From NCBI GenBank assembly GCA_963849325.1, contig CAWKHF010000012.1, positions 896,001-960,000 on the forward strand: a stretch of DNA of 64,000 nt. The letters run 5' to 3'. The stretch comes from an uncultured Planctomycetota bacterium (GTDB lineage: Bacteria > Planctomycetota > Planctomycetia > Gemmatales > Gemmataceae). Made by a program: the position numbers and the translations under genes. Below, piece by piece: positions 50,941 to 62,784 of the stretch. Every line of letters begins with the position of its first letter. Positions within the stretch are counted from its first letter, which is position 1. The notes beneath the pieces were generated by a model, which saw nothing but the letters and a program-made list of their open reading frames with translations, did no database searches and was not told the origin of the DNA.

Positions 50941-52208
50941 ATGACGCGCAACCTGTTTCGGGCGGCGGTGGTCCTGTGTTCGTCCGCCCTGCTTTGCAGC
51001 GGTCCCGGCCCCGTTCGCGGCGAGGAAGCGGAGGCACGGCAGCTCGCCGAGCAGGCCCAGGAGTACGCCCGCGACAAGAAATACGACCAGGCCATCGAAT
51101 CGATTCACAAGGCCATCCGATTGGAGCCGAAAAACGATCAGTATCTGGGGATGGCCAGCGAGATCGAGCGCCTCGCCGGCCGCTTCGCCGACGGCGTCCG
51201 CGACGCGCTGGCCGCCCTCAAAATAAACGACAAGGTTGGTCTCTATTACGCCCTCGTCGCCGCCAACGCCTACGGCAACCAGGATCCCGAGTTGGCCCTG
51301 GAATACTGCCGCAAGGTGATCGAAATGGGGCCGAGCAGTGTCCGCCCGTCCGTCTACAACGACGTCAAGGCTTACGAGGACTTGCTCGTCAAGAAGACCT
51401 ACACCATCACCTGGAACCTCGACCCTTCCGACCCACAGCATCGCAAATTCATCGGCAATTCCCTCCCGGTGGCCCTGCCCAAGAGCGACCTGCCGTACCA
51501 GAGCGTCTCGGTGCAGGTCAAGGGCGCCAGAAGCTATCGTCTCGTCAAGGGCGAGGTCAACGACGTGGTGCGCGTCGTGCCCAACGGCAACAAGGCCTTC
51601 CAGGTCATCACCAAGGTGACGGTGCAGCCGGTCAGCTACAAGGCGAAGCTGGCGAAGGCCGAGCAACGGGCCGATTCCGGTCAACGTCCGTCCCTTCCTC
51701 GGAGCGGCCGAGTCCTTCGACCCGGACAGCCCGGCGCTGAAAAAAATCGCCGCCGAGGTGAAGGGCGGCAACAGCGTCGAGACCGTCCGCAACGTCCTGG
51801 CGTGGCTGCACAAGAACATCAAGTACAAGAACGAGGTCAGTTCGATCACCAAGCTGGATTTCAAGAACGTGGACGAGATCGTCGAGCGCGGTCACGCCGA
51901 ATGCCGCGGCTACACGATGCTGTTCGCGGCCCTGTGCCGCGCCGCCGGCGTGCCGGCCCGGCCGGTGTGGGGCGTGCTGTTCTATCCCAAGAGCTTCGCC
52001 AGCCACAACTGGGACGAGGTCTACATCAGCCGGCGTCGGCTGGGTGCCGGTGGACCCGCAGAAGGTCGAGACGTTCGGCTGGCTGCCGATCAACCACGTC
52101 CGCATCTTCATGGACCTGCGCAAGACGCCCACGTCGGAAGAGAATTTGCCGCTGCTCAACCTGGTGTTCATGAACGGCGAGAAGTTGCAGTACGAGCAAT
52201 CGCGCTGA
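50941..52208 (+). CDS. Secreted TPR plus transglutaminase-like protein; apparent frameshifts near 51665 and 52030
   Basis: TPR helices; AECRGY (Cys), HNWDEVY (His) and GWVPVDP (Asp) spread over three frames. Confidence 0.82.
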
Positions 52209-52254
52209 GCGTCGGGCGCATGCCGGGCTTGTGCTGATGCGCACTAGAACGGTC

Positions 52255-53458
52255 TCACGTCGTATACTCGGCGTTGAGGCGGATGTATTCCTGCGTCAGG
52301 TCGCAGGTCCAGAAGGTGCAGCGGCCGGGCCCGAGCGTGAAGCGCAGACGCAGGTGGACGTGACGCTCGCGCTTCAGGTAGGCCGAGGCGGTGGCGGCGT
52401 CGAACGGCTGCGGCGCGCCGGCATGATACAGCAGCAGGTCGCCCAGCCACAGCGACAGGTGCTCCTCCTCGAACTCCACGCCCGCGTAGCCCGCCGCCGA
52501 AACGATGCGGCCCCAGTTGGGGTCGGCGCCGTGGATGGCCGTCTTGACCAGGGCGCTGTCGGCGATGGTCTTGGCCACGCGGTACGCCTCGCGGTCGTCG
52601 CGCAGCCCCTCGACCTCGATGGTGATGAGGTGCGTCGCCCCCTCGGCGTCGGCGGCGATGGCCCGCGCCAGCTCGCCGCACACGTCCGTGACCGCCGCGC
52701 CGAACCGCGTCAAGGCCTCGCCGCGCACGGGAGCCTGTCCGGGCTGGCCGGCGCCGTTGGCCAACAGCAGCAGCGTGTCGTTGGTGCTGGTGTGGCCCTC
52801 GACGCTGACGCAGTTGAAGGTGTGGTCGGCCGTGCGGCGCGCCAGCGTGGCCAGGTCTTCCGCTGACACCGCGGCGTCACTGCAGACGAACGCCAGCATG
52901 GTCGCCATGTTCGGCCCGATCATGGCCGCCCCCTTGGCCACGCCCGTCAGACGGACCGTCGACGCCGTCCAGTTCGACCTCGCGCGTCGCCACCTTGATG
53001 CGCGTGTCGGTGGTCAGGATGGCGCGGGCCAGGCTGTCGAGGGCCAGCGGCGTGTCGGCCAGCAGCGGGACGGCGGCGCGGATGCCGGACTCGATCGGCG
53101 GCATGGGCAGGTGCCGGCCGATGACGCCGGTGGAGCAGACGAGCATCTGTTCGGGCCGGCAGCCGAGTGCCTCGGCGGCGACGGCGGTCATGGCGCGGGC
53201 GTCGTCCAGGCCCCGCCGGCCGGTGCAGGCGTTGGCGTTGCCCGAGCAGACGACGACGCCGCGCACCTCGGCGGACGGCAGCCGTTCCTGGCAGACGCGC
53301 ACCGGGGCGGCGCGTACGCGGTTCTGCGTGAACACGCCCGCCGCCGCGGCCGGGACGTCGCTGACGAGCAGGGCCAGGTCGCGGCGGTCCGGGTCGGGAC
53401 GGAGGCCGCAGTGCAGGCCGGCGTAGCGAAAACCCTTGGCGAGGTGCCAGATGGTCAT
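52255..53458 (-). CDS. argJ: Bifunctional ornithine acetyltransferase / N-acetylglutamate synthase; apparent frameshift near 52955
   Basis: GVFTQN, SGNANACTG, STGVIG, ILTTDT, KGAAMIGPNMATML, STNDT, DPNWGRI, YIRLNAEYTT. Confidence 0.95.
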
Positions 53459-53489
53459 GCCTTCGAGTTCCTCTGGAGGTAAACCGCCT

Positions 53490-55854
53490 CTATCGCATCA
53501 ACGCATAGAGTACGGCCGCCCGGCCCAGGCGGACAGCACTGTCGTAATCGTGACCCAGGCAGTCCGACGAGGTAGTGTGCTCCAGAGCGCAGCCGAGGTC
53601 GTATTTGCTGTAGATCACCACCCAGCGGCCGTTGTACTTGATGCCCTCCAGGGCCGGCGCCACCGCGCGATACTCCGGGTCCACGCCCTTGCCGTCCGCC
53701 TTCGGACGGCGGCAGCGCACCTGCTTGATCTCCTGGCCGTTCAGCTCCCGACCGAAGAGTTCGTCCGACGGCGGGATCGGCTCCAGCTTCAGCTTTTCCT
53801 CCGCCCATAGCGTTTCCATGAACTTGCGGAAGGAGGCGTCGAAAGCCGGCGAGCCGCAGCAAGCGTCGGCCAGCAGCAGGCCGCCCGACGTCAGGTTGAA
53901 GTGCAGGGGTTTCAGGTCCTTCGCCTTTTCCTCGAAGGCGCCGCGACCGTGCATGTACAGGAAGCGGTAACGGACCACATCTTCGCGCGACGGAAACACC
54001 TCGATCGGCTCCAGCACCACGTCGAGTCCGACCTTGCGCATCTCGCTCATGAGGTTGCGCATGGCCTTGGGGGCCGGCCGCCAGTCGCCGCCGGCGACCG
54101 GCGTGTAGTGGATCTGGCCCACCTTCAGGTAGCCGCGGCGCACACGCTGCCGTTTATCTTCGGGCGGGATCACGATCTCGGTCAGACGGGGCCGCGGCGG
54201 TTCCAGGCCGGTGGCATAGGCGATGATGTTGGCCGCCAACTGGAAGGCGGTTCGACCTTCCACGCTGCGGTCGAAATCGTTGGCCTCCCAGTAGTAAGCC
54301 AGCGGTCGCGGGCTGAAAATCACCACCCACTTGCAGCCGTGCTGGATACCGTACAGCGGGAACGGCCGATTCGGCGTCAGCAGGAACTTGCCCGACGCCG
54401 TCCAGATCGGATGATCGTCCGGCAGGGGCTTCAAATCGGCATCGGGGAAGATGCGGCCCATGAGTTTCTCGAAGTCTGCGTCGAAAGCCCTCCGCGCCGC
54501 AGCAAGCCTCGGCGAGCACGAAACCGCCGTTCTCCAGGTAGTCCTTGAGGATTTCCTCTTCGTTGCCGCGCGGGGCGTAGTCGTGGCCGTTGAAATAGAC
54601 GATGGGCGAGGGCAGCAGCTCGGCGGCCAGGCGGCGCCGCTCCGGCACCGCCTCGGCCCGGCCGCGCACGTCGAAGATTTGCCAGGCCAGCGGTTGACGC
54701 TTGAACAATTCGCGGCTGGCGAAATCGACCAAGTGGCGCACGTCGCTGTGTTTGTTGTTCCAGCCATCGTAGCCGCGCGGGCCGTAGGCCAGCTTGGTCA
54801 ACAGCACCGGCGTCCGCCCCTTGGCGAGGAACAGCAGCGCGAAGCTCGTCGCCACCACCGGCGTGCCGTCGAGGTTGCCCACGCCCTGCCAGGAGCCGTC
54901 GCCCCTCTGAACGCGAACCAGGTATTCGCAGCCGATCTCGTACCAGTCGTGGCCGCCGAAGAAGCGACGACCGGTCAGCCGGCCGGTGCGTTCCAGTCCG
55001 TACAGACAATAGAACTGGGCCGGGCCGAGCCGAGTCGCGGCGTTGTCCGCGCCGAGCCGCGCCGGGAAGTGGGCGCCGATCCAGCGCAGACCGTTGACGG
55101 CCGGGCCATCCTCGTCGTAGACGCCGCAGTCCTTGATGACGCCGCCCTCCATGTGCTGCTTGCCGACGTCCAGGTCCATGCCGGTAATCATCAAGTTGCA
55201 CAGTCCGGCGCTGGTCATGGTCATCGACGGCGGATTGCCGGCCTTGTACGCCCATCCGCCGATGCCTCCCCTGGCCTGTTCCGCCTTGGGGATCTGCGTG
55301 GCGATCATGAATTGGCGGATTTTGCCCAGCGCCTCCTTGTTCACCTTGACGCCGGATTCGATGCCGGCGTGCAGGCCGAGGACGGCGTACTGCGAGTTGG
55401 AGTTGTCCGTGGTGGTGTCCTCGCCATAACCCCAGCCGTTGGGCTTCTGGTGCTCGATCAGCCAGTTGACGTTTTGCTGAATGCGTTCGCGGTCGATGGC
55501 CTGGCCGGCCTGGCTGTAGGCCATCGTTTGCAGGGCGACCACATAGGTCTTGCTGAAGCGGCCGAGCTTGATGTCGCGCAGATACTTCAAGCCGTCCTGG
55601 ATGGCCGGATCGGTGGCCGGCACGCCGGCGGTGAGCAGGGCCAGCAGTGCCAGGCTGGTCGTGCCGCCGGGATAGGCGACGTGAACGGCGTCCGTCTCCC
55701 AGCTGCCATTGTTCCGCCGCTGGCCGAGCAGAAACTTCTTGCCGTCGTCGATGGACTTGCGCACTTTCTCGACCAGTGGGTCGTCGCCTCGGGCGGGGGC
55801 GGCCGCCGACATGAACAGAACCAGGACCATCGCCGACATCAACAGCCATCGCAT
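53490..55854 (-). CDS. Prenyltransferase/squalene-oxidase-repeat protein with two DUF4159 domains; apparent frameshift near 54490
   Basis: DNSNSQYAVLGL, YCLYGLERTG, QRGDGSW, and two copies of GG.(V/L)LA(E/D)ACCG. Confidence 0.85.
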
Positions 55855-55938
55855 GACGGCAATCCTCGGTGGAAGGGGGACAGAGAAGAGGACTGCCTTC
55901 ATTGTGAACGGCGCGGTGGAGACTGCCAAGGGGCAAAC

Positions 55939-57324
55939 TTACAGCAGCTCCCGCACCGGCTCGCGTTCGTCGAGCAGATAGCGCGGCCGGCCGGAGCCGT
56001 CGCGGAAGGTCATCGCCGGGTCGATGCCGATGGTCTGGTAAATGGTGCTCAGAACGTTGGAAATCTTGTAGGGTCGGTCCTTCGGGTATTCGCCGCGGGC
56101 GTCGGTGGAGCCAATGACCTGGCCCATCTTCAAACCGCCTCCGGCGATCGGCGGCGGACATGGCCGGCAGCCAATGTTCGCGGCCGGCGACCTTGTTGAT
56201 CCGTGGGCTGCGGCCGAACTCACCCCAGACGAGGACCACGACGTCCTTTTCCAGGCCGCGCTGGTGCAAATCTTCGAGGAGGGCCGACAGGGATTGGTCC
56301 AGCCTGGGACAGAGCACGTCGCGCATCTTGGGGAAGCCGAGGACGTTGGCCGGGCCGTGCATGTCCCAGTAGCCCAGCGCGACCTCCACGAAGCCCACAC
56401 CCGCCTCGACCAGTCGCCGGGCCAACAGCATCTGGAGGCCCTGGCCGTGGAAGCGGCTGTCCGAGCCGTAGCGTTCCCGCACTTGCAGCGGTTCCTTGCT
56501 CACGTCGAGGGCGATGCGCAGAGCGCTCGAGGTCACGATCTCGAAAGCCCGGCCCTGGAAGGCATCGAGGCCGTTCGCGATCCCCGAGGCGTCCAGGTCG
56601 CGGCGCATCGCATCGAAGCTGGCCAGCAGCTGTTTCCGGTCCCCCAGCCGGCCGCGATCGACACCCGGCGGAAGCTGCAGATCCGCCACGGCGGGACTTT
56701 TCCCGAGGTTGTCCACGTTCCCCGACAGCGAGAGGGGCAGATGGGCGCGACCCAGGAAGCCCGCTTGCAGGTAGAATTGCCAGATGGGCAGACGGCGTCG
56801 CGGTGGGGAAGGACATCTTTCGCATGGTGACATAGGGGGGCACGCCGTTGGCCGACATGCCGCGCACCCTGGAAATCACCGACCCCATGCACGGGTGCTG
56901 CCCCCGCGGACTCTCGACCTCGTTGCGGCCCGTCATAACTTCCGCATCGCTGTGGCCATTCGGAGCGGTCGCGGACAGAGAGCGGATGATGGTCATCTTG
57001 TCCATCAGGGCCGCTTGCCGAGGGAACAGCTCGCAGATGTCGATGCCGCTGACTTTCGTCTTGATCGGCTTGAACTCGCCGCGATACTCGGCCGGTGCAT
57101 CGGGCTTCATGTCGTAGGTATCGAGCTGGGAGGGACCGCCGAGCAGGTACACCATGATCACCGACTTGTTCGGCCGCGACGCCGGCCGCCGCGACGCCGC
57201 CGCTTGCAGGCGGAACAGGTCGGCCAGGCTCGAGCGCCCCGCCCAGGGCGCCGATCCGCAGAAAGTCACGGCGGCTAATGCCGTCGCAGAATCTCCCCGT
57301 GTTGTCTCCCCAGATGGTCAACAT
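55939..57324 (-). CDS. DUF1501 family protein; apparent frameshifts near 57230, 56790 and 56150
   Basis: SRRDFLRIG, GGPSQLDTYDMKP, LARRLVEAGV, WDMH, WGEFGRSP, GREHW. Confidence 0.88.
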
Positions 57325-57346
57325 GCTCGAATCCTCCTGATGACCC

Positions 57347-57850
57347 TCATTCGTGACCGATAGTTGTCACCGCGACCGCGTTGGACATCTCTGGTTTGGC
57401 TGGTTCAAACAGCTCGATGGTGAAGCCATCGGGATCGTACAGGTAAACCACAAAGCCGCCGCGGTTCGGACCGGCCGTGATGGCGACCGGCTCGGTGCGG
57501 AAACGTACACCTTGGGTCCGCAGTGCGTCGTAGGCCCGGTGGATATCGTCCACCTCACAGCACAGGTGTGCATGGCCGGCGCAGTTTGTCGCGGGCAACC
57601 CGTTCTCGACGGCATGAGATAGATACTGCACCAATTCCAGCGTGGGCCGGCCGCCTGTCCCCAATTGGAAGGAGGCCACTTCCAGGCGGACACCGGGACA
57701 GCCGGTCTGCCGTCCGACGTAGCTCGCCTCAGCCGTGCGCCGCGCGAGCAGGCGCAGGCCCAGCACGTCGCGGTAAAACCCGATCGACCGGTCGATGTCC
57801 CGCACCGTCAGGCCCAGATGATGCACAGCGCCGAGCAGCCGGTCCATCAT
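57347..57850 (-). CDS. VOC (glyoxalase/bleomycin-resistance) family protein
   Basis: HHLGLTVRDIDRSIGFYRDVLG, LELVQY, HLCCEVDDI, DPDGFTIELFE. Confidence 0.9.
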   Translation of the reverse strand: MMDRLLGAVHHLGLTVRDIDRSIGFYRDVLGLRLLARRTAEASYVGRQTGCPGVRLEVASFQLGTGGRPTLELVQYLSHAVENGLPATNCAGHAHLCCEVDDIHRAYDALRTQGVRFRTEPVAITAGPNRGGFVVYLYDPDGFTIELFEPAKPEMSNAVAVTTIGHE

Positions 57851-57966
57851 ATCCTCATCAGATCGTTTACGTCTCGAAAGCTATCCAAAGTGTTTTCAGG
57901 TCATCGGTCGGTGCCCGGGCCGCCGGGCCGTCCATGAGCCAGGTCACCAGCACACCCTCGGATCGG

Positions 57967-59421
57967 TCAGCCGTTGGCAAGGAGTTCGGTCACCACGCGG
58001 CCGGACTGGCCGTCGAGCAGCGACTCCGCCCGGCCGCCCTGGACGAAGACCAGCCGCTCCGCGTCCAGGCCGAACAGGTGCAGCAGGGTAGCGTGATAGT
58101 CGTAGTGGTGGACAATGTCTTCGACGGCGCGATGGCCGAACTCGTCCGTCTGTCCGTACACGAAGCCCCGCTTCACGCCGCCGCCGGCCAGCCACATCGT
58201 AAACCCGTCGGTGTTGTGGTCGCGGCCGGGGAGGTAGCCGTCGCCGCGGAACTGCACGAACGGCAGCCGGCCCATCTCGCCGCCCCAGTGGACCAACGTC
58301 GTCTCCAGCAACCCGCGCTGCTTCAAGTCGGTCACCAGGGCCGCGGATGGCTTGTCCACCTGCCGGCATCGCTCCGGCAGATACCGATGGATGTGCTCGT
58401 GATGGTCCCAGCCGTTGGCCCAGACCTGCACGAAACGGACGCCGCGCTCGACCAGTCGTCGGGCGATCAGGCAGCGGGTGCCGAAGTTCCGCGTCACCGG
58501 GTCGTCGAGGCCATACAGCCGGCGCGTCGCTTCCGTCTCTCGCGACACGTCGAAGGCCTCCTTGGCGGCCGTCTGCATCCGCGCGGCCAGGCGATAGCTC
58601 TGGATGCGAGCCTCCAGGTCGGTCTCTCCCGGCGAGTGCTCCAGGTCGCGGCGGTTGAGTCCGTCGAGGTAGTCCAACTGCAATTGCTGCGGCCCGCCGC
58701 GCAGCAGCGCCGTCGGGTCGAGGTTGGAGATGCGCGGCTCGGTCGGCCGGGCCATCGTCCCTTGGTAGATCGACGGCAGCCAGCCGTTGGACCAGTTCTC
58801 CGCCCCATAGACCGGCAGACCGGTATCCGGCAGGGCGACATATGCCGGCAACTCCTGCGTCTCGGCGCCCAGGGCGTAGGTCAGCCAACTGCCCAGTGAC
58901 GGCCGACCGCCGCGGTTGCGCCCGAGCCGAACGCCCGCAGCCCGCCGCCGTGGTTGCGGATGCCGCGCGAGGTTCATCGAGCGGATGACCGTGAGGTCGT
59001 CCACGATCCGGGCGATGTGCGGCAGCAGGTCGGATACCTCGATGCCGGATTGGCCGCGCTTGGCAAACTTCGCGATTCCTTTCATCACGGTGGAGGTGGC
59101 GCCGCCGGCGTTGTCGTAATCGACCTTGAGCACGAGCGACTTGCCGTCGTACTTGTCCAGCGTCGGCTTGGGATCGAAGAGGTCGATGTGGCTGGGACCG
59201 CCTTCGATGAACAGCGAGATCATCGCCTTCGCCCGGGCCGGCCGCGGCGGCTGCTTCGGCTTCAGGTCGTAAGTGCGGCGGTCCAGGTCGGGCATGACCG
59301 GCGCGGCCAGCAACCTGTCTTCGTTGAGCAGCCAGGCGAGGGCCAGGCTGCCGATGCCCATGGCGCTGCCGGCCACGAAATGCCGGCGGCCGCACACCGC
59401 TCCACCAGACGACGGACGCAT
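57967..59421 (-). CDS. DUF1501 family protein (compensating indels near 58920-58970)
   Basis: GGPSHIDLFDPKP, ARRLVERGVRFVQ, WDHH, WGGEMGRLP, GRDHN. Confidence 0.9.
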   Translation of the reverse strand: MRPSSGGAVCGRRHFVAGSAMGIGSLALAWLLNEDRLLAAPVMPDLDRRTYDLKPKQPPRPARAKAMISLFIEGGPSHIDLFDPKPTLDKYDGKSLVLKVDYDNAGGATSTVMKGIAKFAKRGQSGIEVSDLLPHIARIVDDLTVIRSMNLARHPQPRRRAAGVRLGRNRGGRPSLGSWLTYALGAETQELPAYVALPDTGLPVYGAENWSNGWLPSIYQGTMARPTEPRISNLDPTALLRGGPQQLQLDYLDGLNRRDLEHSPGETDLEARIQSYRLAARMQTAAKEAFDVSRETEATRRLYGLDDPVTRNFGTRCLIARRLVERGVRFVQVWANGWDHHEHIHRYLPERCRQVDKPSAALVTDLKQRGLLETTLVHWGGEMGRLPFVQFRGDGYLPGRDHNTDGFTMWLAGGGVKRGFVYGQTDEFGHRAVEDIVHHYDYHATLLHLFGLDAERLVFVQGGRAESLLDGQSGRVVTELLANG

Positions 59422-59459
59422 ACGCTGCCTTCCTCTCTCCTTCGGACATATGAGGTCGC

Positions 59460-62116
59460 TCAACGCACGTAGAGAAAACGGTTCGAGGCCATCAGTGCCT
59501 GGCAATAGGTCGCCAGCGCCGCCCGGGCCGGGTCCGCGAGCGTCGGCGGGCTGGTCGGCTGGGCCGACCCCCGCCGGGGCCGGCGGGCCGGCTCGGCCGG
59601 CGGCGCCGAGGCCAATTCCTTCACCCGCGCCCGCAGCAGCTCCGTCTGCCGGGCCAGGTACGCGGCGGCCGACTCGACCTCGACTTCGTTCGCCTCGACG
59701 CCGAAGGCGAGACGCCACGCCAACCGCACCTGCCGGATCGGATCATCGCCGGCCTCGGCCCGGACCCGATCCGCAAACGCTTCCGCCGTGCGCAGCGCGA
59801 AGGGGCTGTTCAGCAGCAGCAGCGCCTGCGGCGTAACCGTGGAGACCATGCGGACCTCGCAATTGGGCGCCATCATCGGAGCGTCGAACGCCTCCAACTC
59901 CGGGCTCAACGCCGTCCGGCGCGCCGCCAGATACACGCTACGCCGACAGGCCAGGGTCGGGACCCGAGTCCTCCGCCCGGCCTGATCGGTGCTTTCCGAA
60001 GCGACCGGCACGGGCGGCCCGAACGGGCTGGGGTCCAGCTTGCCGGAGACAGCCACCATCGCGTCGCGCACAGCCTCGGCCTCCAAGCGGCGGACGGAGA
60101 AGCGAGCCAGGAGGCGGTTGTCCGGATCGACGGTGTCCAGCCGCGACCGCCGGGCCGACGACTGCCGGTAAGCGGTCGAGCAGACGATCAGTCGGTGCAT
60201 CGCCTTCAGACTCCACCCTCGGGCCGGCAGCTCGCTCGCCAACCAGTCGAGCAGGGCCGGATGGCTGGGCCGATCGCCGAGCCGGCCGAAGTCCGCCAGG
60301 GTAGTCACGATGCCGCGGCCGAAGTGCAGCGCCCAGACCCGGTTCATGAGCACGCGGGCCAACAGCGGATGCCGGCCGTCGGTCAGGTGGCGGGCAAAGG
60401 CCAGCCGCCGTCCGGTGGTCGGCACGTTCGGGTCTTTCTCCGGAATGTCCGTCTCGACCACGCCGCCCAGGACCAGGAGGTCGCCGGGCGGCACCGCCTG
60501 CTTGGGCTGCTCGTGATCGCCGCGGTGCAACAGCCGAGTGACCGGGACTTTACCCGGAACCTCGGTCAATACCCGGACGAACTCCTCTCGCGGCTTGGAG
60601 GCCAGGATCGCCTTGATCCGAGCATCGTATGCCTCCAGCCGCTTTTGACCTTCCAGGATCCCCGGCAGACGTTGGAAAAGTCCCAGGTTGGAGGCGTTCA
60701 CCCGATTTCAGGTTCGGGTAACGGTCGAGGACTCGTGCTTGCTCCGCCGTTCGTCGGGACGGGGCAGATTCATCGCCGCGGCGACAAGGGGACGATCGCT
60801 CTCCGGGAGTCGTTGAATCAGCACGGCCTTGATCTTGGCGATCTGCTCGCGGACGAGTTGGTCACGGGCGCGCTTCTCGGCGGCCGCCTCGCGGTCGATC
60901 GTCTCGACCTTTCGGCGATGGGCCTCTCCGGCCAGCGAGATCCGTCGCTGGTCCGGCGTGCGCCAGTTCTGCCAGTCCAGGGCCGGCTCAAAGACGGCGC
61001 GGAGGCGATGGTAGTCTACGTGGCTGATCGGGTCGTAGCGGTGGTCGTGGCAGCGGGCGCACTGCACGGTCAGACCCAGCAGGGACGTGGACACCACCTG
61101 GAGCGTGTCGGCGATCACCTGGTTGCGCACCGCCGGGGTGTTCTCCTGACCGGTGCCGTCCGGCACCATCCGCAAGAAGCCGGTCGCGGCCAGCTTGTCG
61201 AGGTCGGCGGCGGAGAGGTCCTGGTACGGCGGCCGCACCATCTCGTCGCCGGCCAGTTGCTCCTGGAGGAACTGGTCCAGCGGCTTATCGGCGTTGAAGG
61301 AGCGAATCACGTAATCGCGGTAACGGTAGGCGTCCGCGCGGGGTGGGTCGCGCTCGCTGTGTCCCTCGGAGTCGGCGTAGCCGGCGACGTCCAGCCAGTG
61401 GCGGCCCCAGCGCTCGCCGTAGTGCGGGCGACGCCAACAATTCGTCCACCAGCCGCTCGTAGGCGTCCGGGGCTGTGTCGGCGACGAAAGCGGTCCACCG
61501 CCTCGGGTGTCGGCGGCAGGCCGAGCAGGTCGAAAGAGAGCCGGCGGATCAGGGTCGCCCTGTCGGACTCGGGAGAAAAGGTGAGTCCTTTCTCTTCCAA
61601 CGCCGCCAGCAGGAAGGCGTCGATGGGCGTGCGGACTTTCGCGGCCTCCTTCACGGCGGGCAGAGGGGGCCGTCGGATCGGGCGGAACGCCCACCAGGTG
61701 CGTTCCTCCTCGGTGAAGTACGGCTCCGCCCCGAGGGATGTCGGCTCCGGGCGCACCGTCGGCGCACCGTCGGCGACCCAGCGGCGCAGCAGCTCGACCT
61801 CCCGCGGGGTAGGCCGCTTCTTCATCTCCGGTGGCGGCATTTCCTGATCGGCGATGCGCCGCAGCAGCAGGCTTTCCTCCGGCTTGCCGAGCGCGACCGC
61901 CGGCCCGGAGCGGCCGCCGGCAACGAGGGTGCGGCGCAGGCGCAGGTCGAGCTTGCCCTTGGGCTTTCCCTCCTCGCCGTGGCAGTGGAAGCAGTGCGTC
62001 TTGAGGATGGGCCGGACGTCGCGCTCGTAGGTCACCCTAGGCTCTGCCCCGGCGGCGAGGCCCGGGAGGAACGCGGCAACGGCGGGAATGAGGACGCGGC
62101 GAAATCGGTCCAGCAT
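59460..62116 (-). CDS. PSD1 / planctomycete cytochrome c protein (PSCyt1-DUF1549-DUF1553); apparent frameshifts near 61490, 61435 and 60710
   Basis: CFHCH, LIRRLSFDLLGLPP, YGERWGRHWLDVAGYADS, CARCHDH, NRVWALHFGRGIV, PQALLLLN. Confidence 0.88.
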
Positions 62117-62267
62117 GACTTACGGTCCTGAGAGAACAACCCGGTGCGGAATCGGGAAAGTCCTGCGATCGCGGGGGTAGGGTAGGCCGATTCGATTATC
62201 CACTCAACCATCGCGCGTGTCAACGGGGTGGGACCGGAATCACAGTCATGGGGTTGGCTGGGCCGCA

Positions 62268-62411
62268 CTAGCGTAATGACTCGACGCACCGTCTATCGCG
62301 TGGCCGATCCACTGCAGCGACTGGTTCGAGCGTATGCACGGCGCCGCACCCCGCAGCGGTAAGCCAGGTAGTCATCCGCTGAGGAAGTTGCGCATCCACG
62401 AGGAAATTCAT
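62268..62411 (-). pseudogene. Truncated DUF5615 (PIN-like) toxin remnant
   Basis: 47-aa ORF below the track cutoff: MNFLVDAQLPQRMTTWLTAAGCGAVHTLE, after which the resemblance is lost. Confidence 0.65.
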
Positions 62412-62446
62412 GGGACCACCGGGTAGAGCCGGCGGGTCCGAGCTAG

Positions 62447-62641
62447 TCAGGCGGCGAAAGCCAGTACAGCTAAGAGATCGTCACGCTCCAGGTCGCTGTA
62501 GTCGGCCAAGATCTCATCCATAGTCATACCCGAACTGAGCAATTCGAGGAGCGTCTCTACCGGGTAGCGGAGTCCGCGGACGCACGGCTTGCCATGACAA
62601 ACCGATGGATCAATCGTAATTCGAGAGAGTAGTGTGTCCAT
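62447..62641 (-). CDS. DUF433 antitoxin-like protein
   Basis: RITIDPSVCHGKPCVRGLRYPV...ILADYSDLERDD. Confidence 0.9.
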   Translation of the reverse strand: MDTLLSRITIDPSVCHGKPCVRGLRYPVETLLELLSSGMTMDEILADYSDLERDDLLAVLAFAA

Positions 62642-62784
62642 ATCCCTAGCATACCAAAAACGGACGCCCTCATCGCCGAACAATAAGCTCAGATGGGGAT
62701 GATGCCGGGTTGCTCCCACCGACGACAAGCCGGCGGTATTATGGAGTAACCCAGTAAAAGCCACCCCATCTGGAGCAACCCGAC

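Noticed and set aside
54431-56833. 800-aa ORF suggesting a DUF1501 fusion to the downstream gene
   Set aside because: It is an artefact of a frameshift near 56150; the C-terminal part is out-of-frame sequence.
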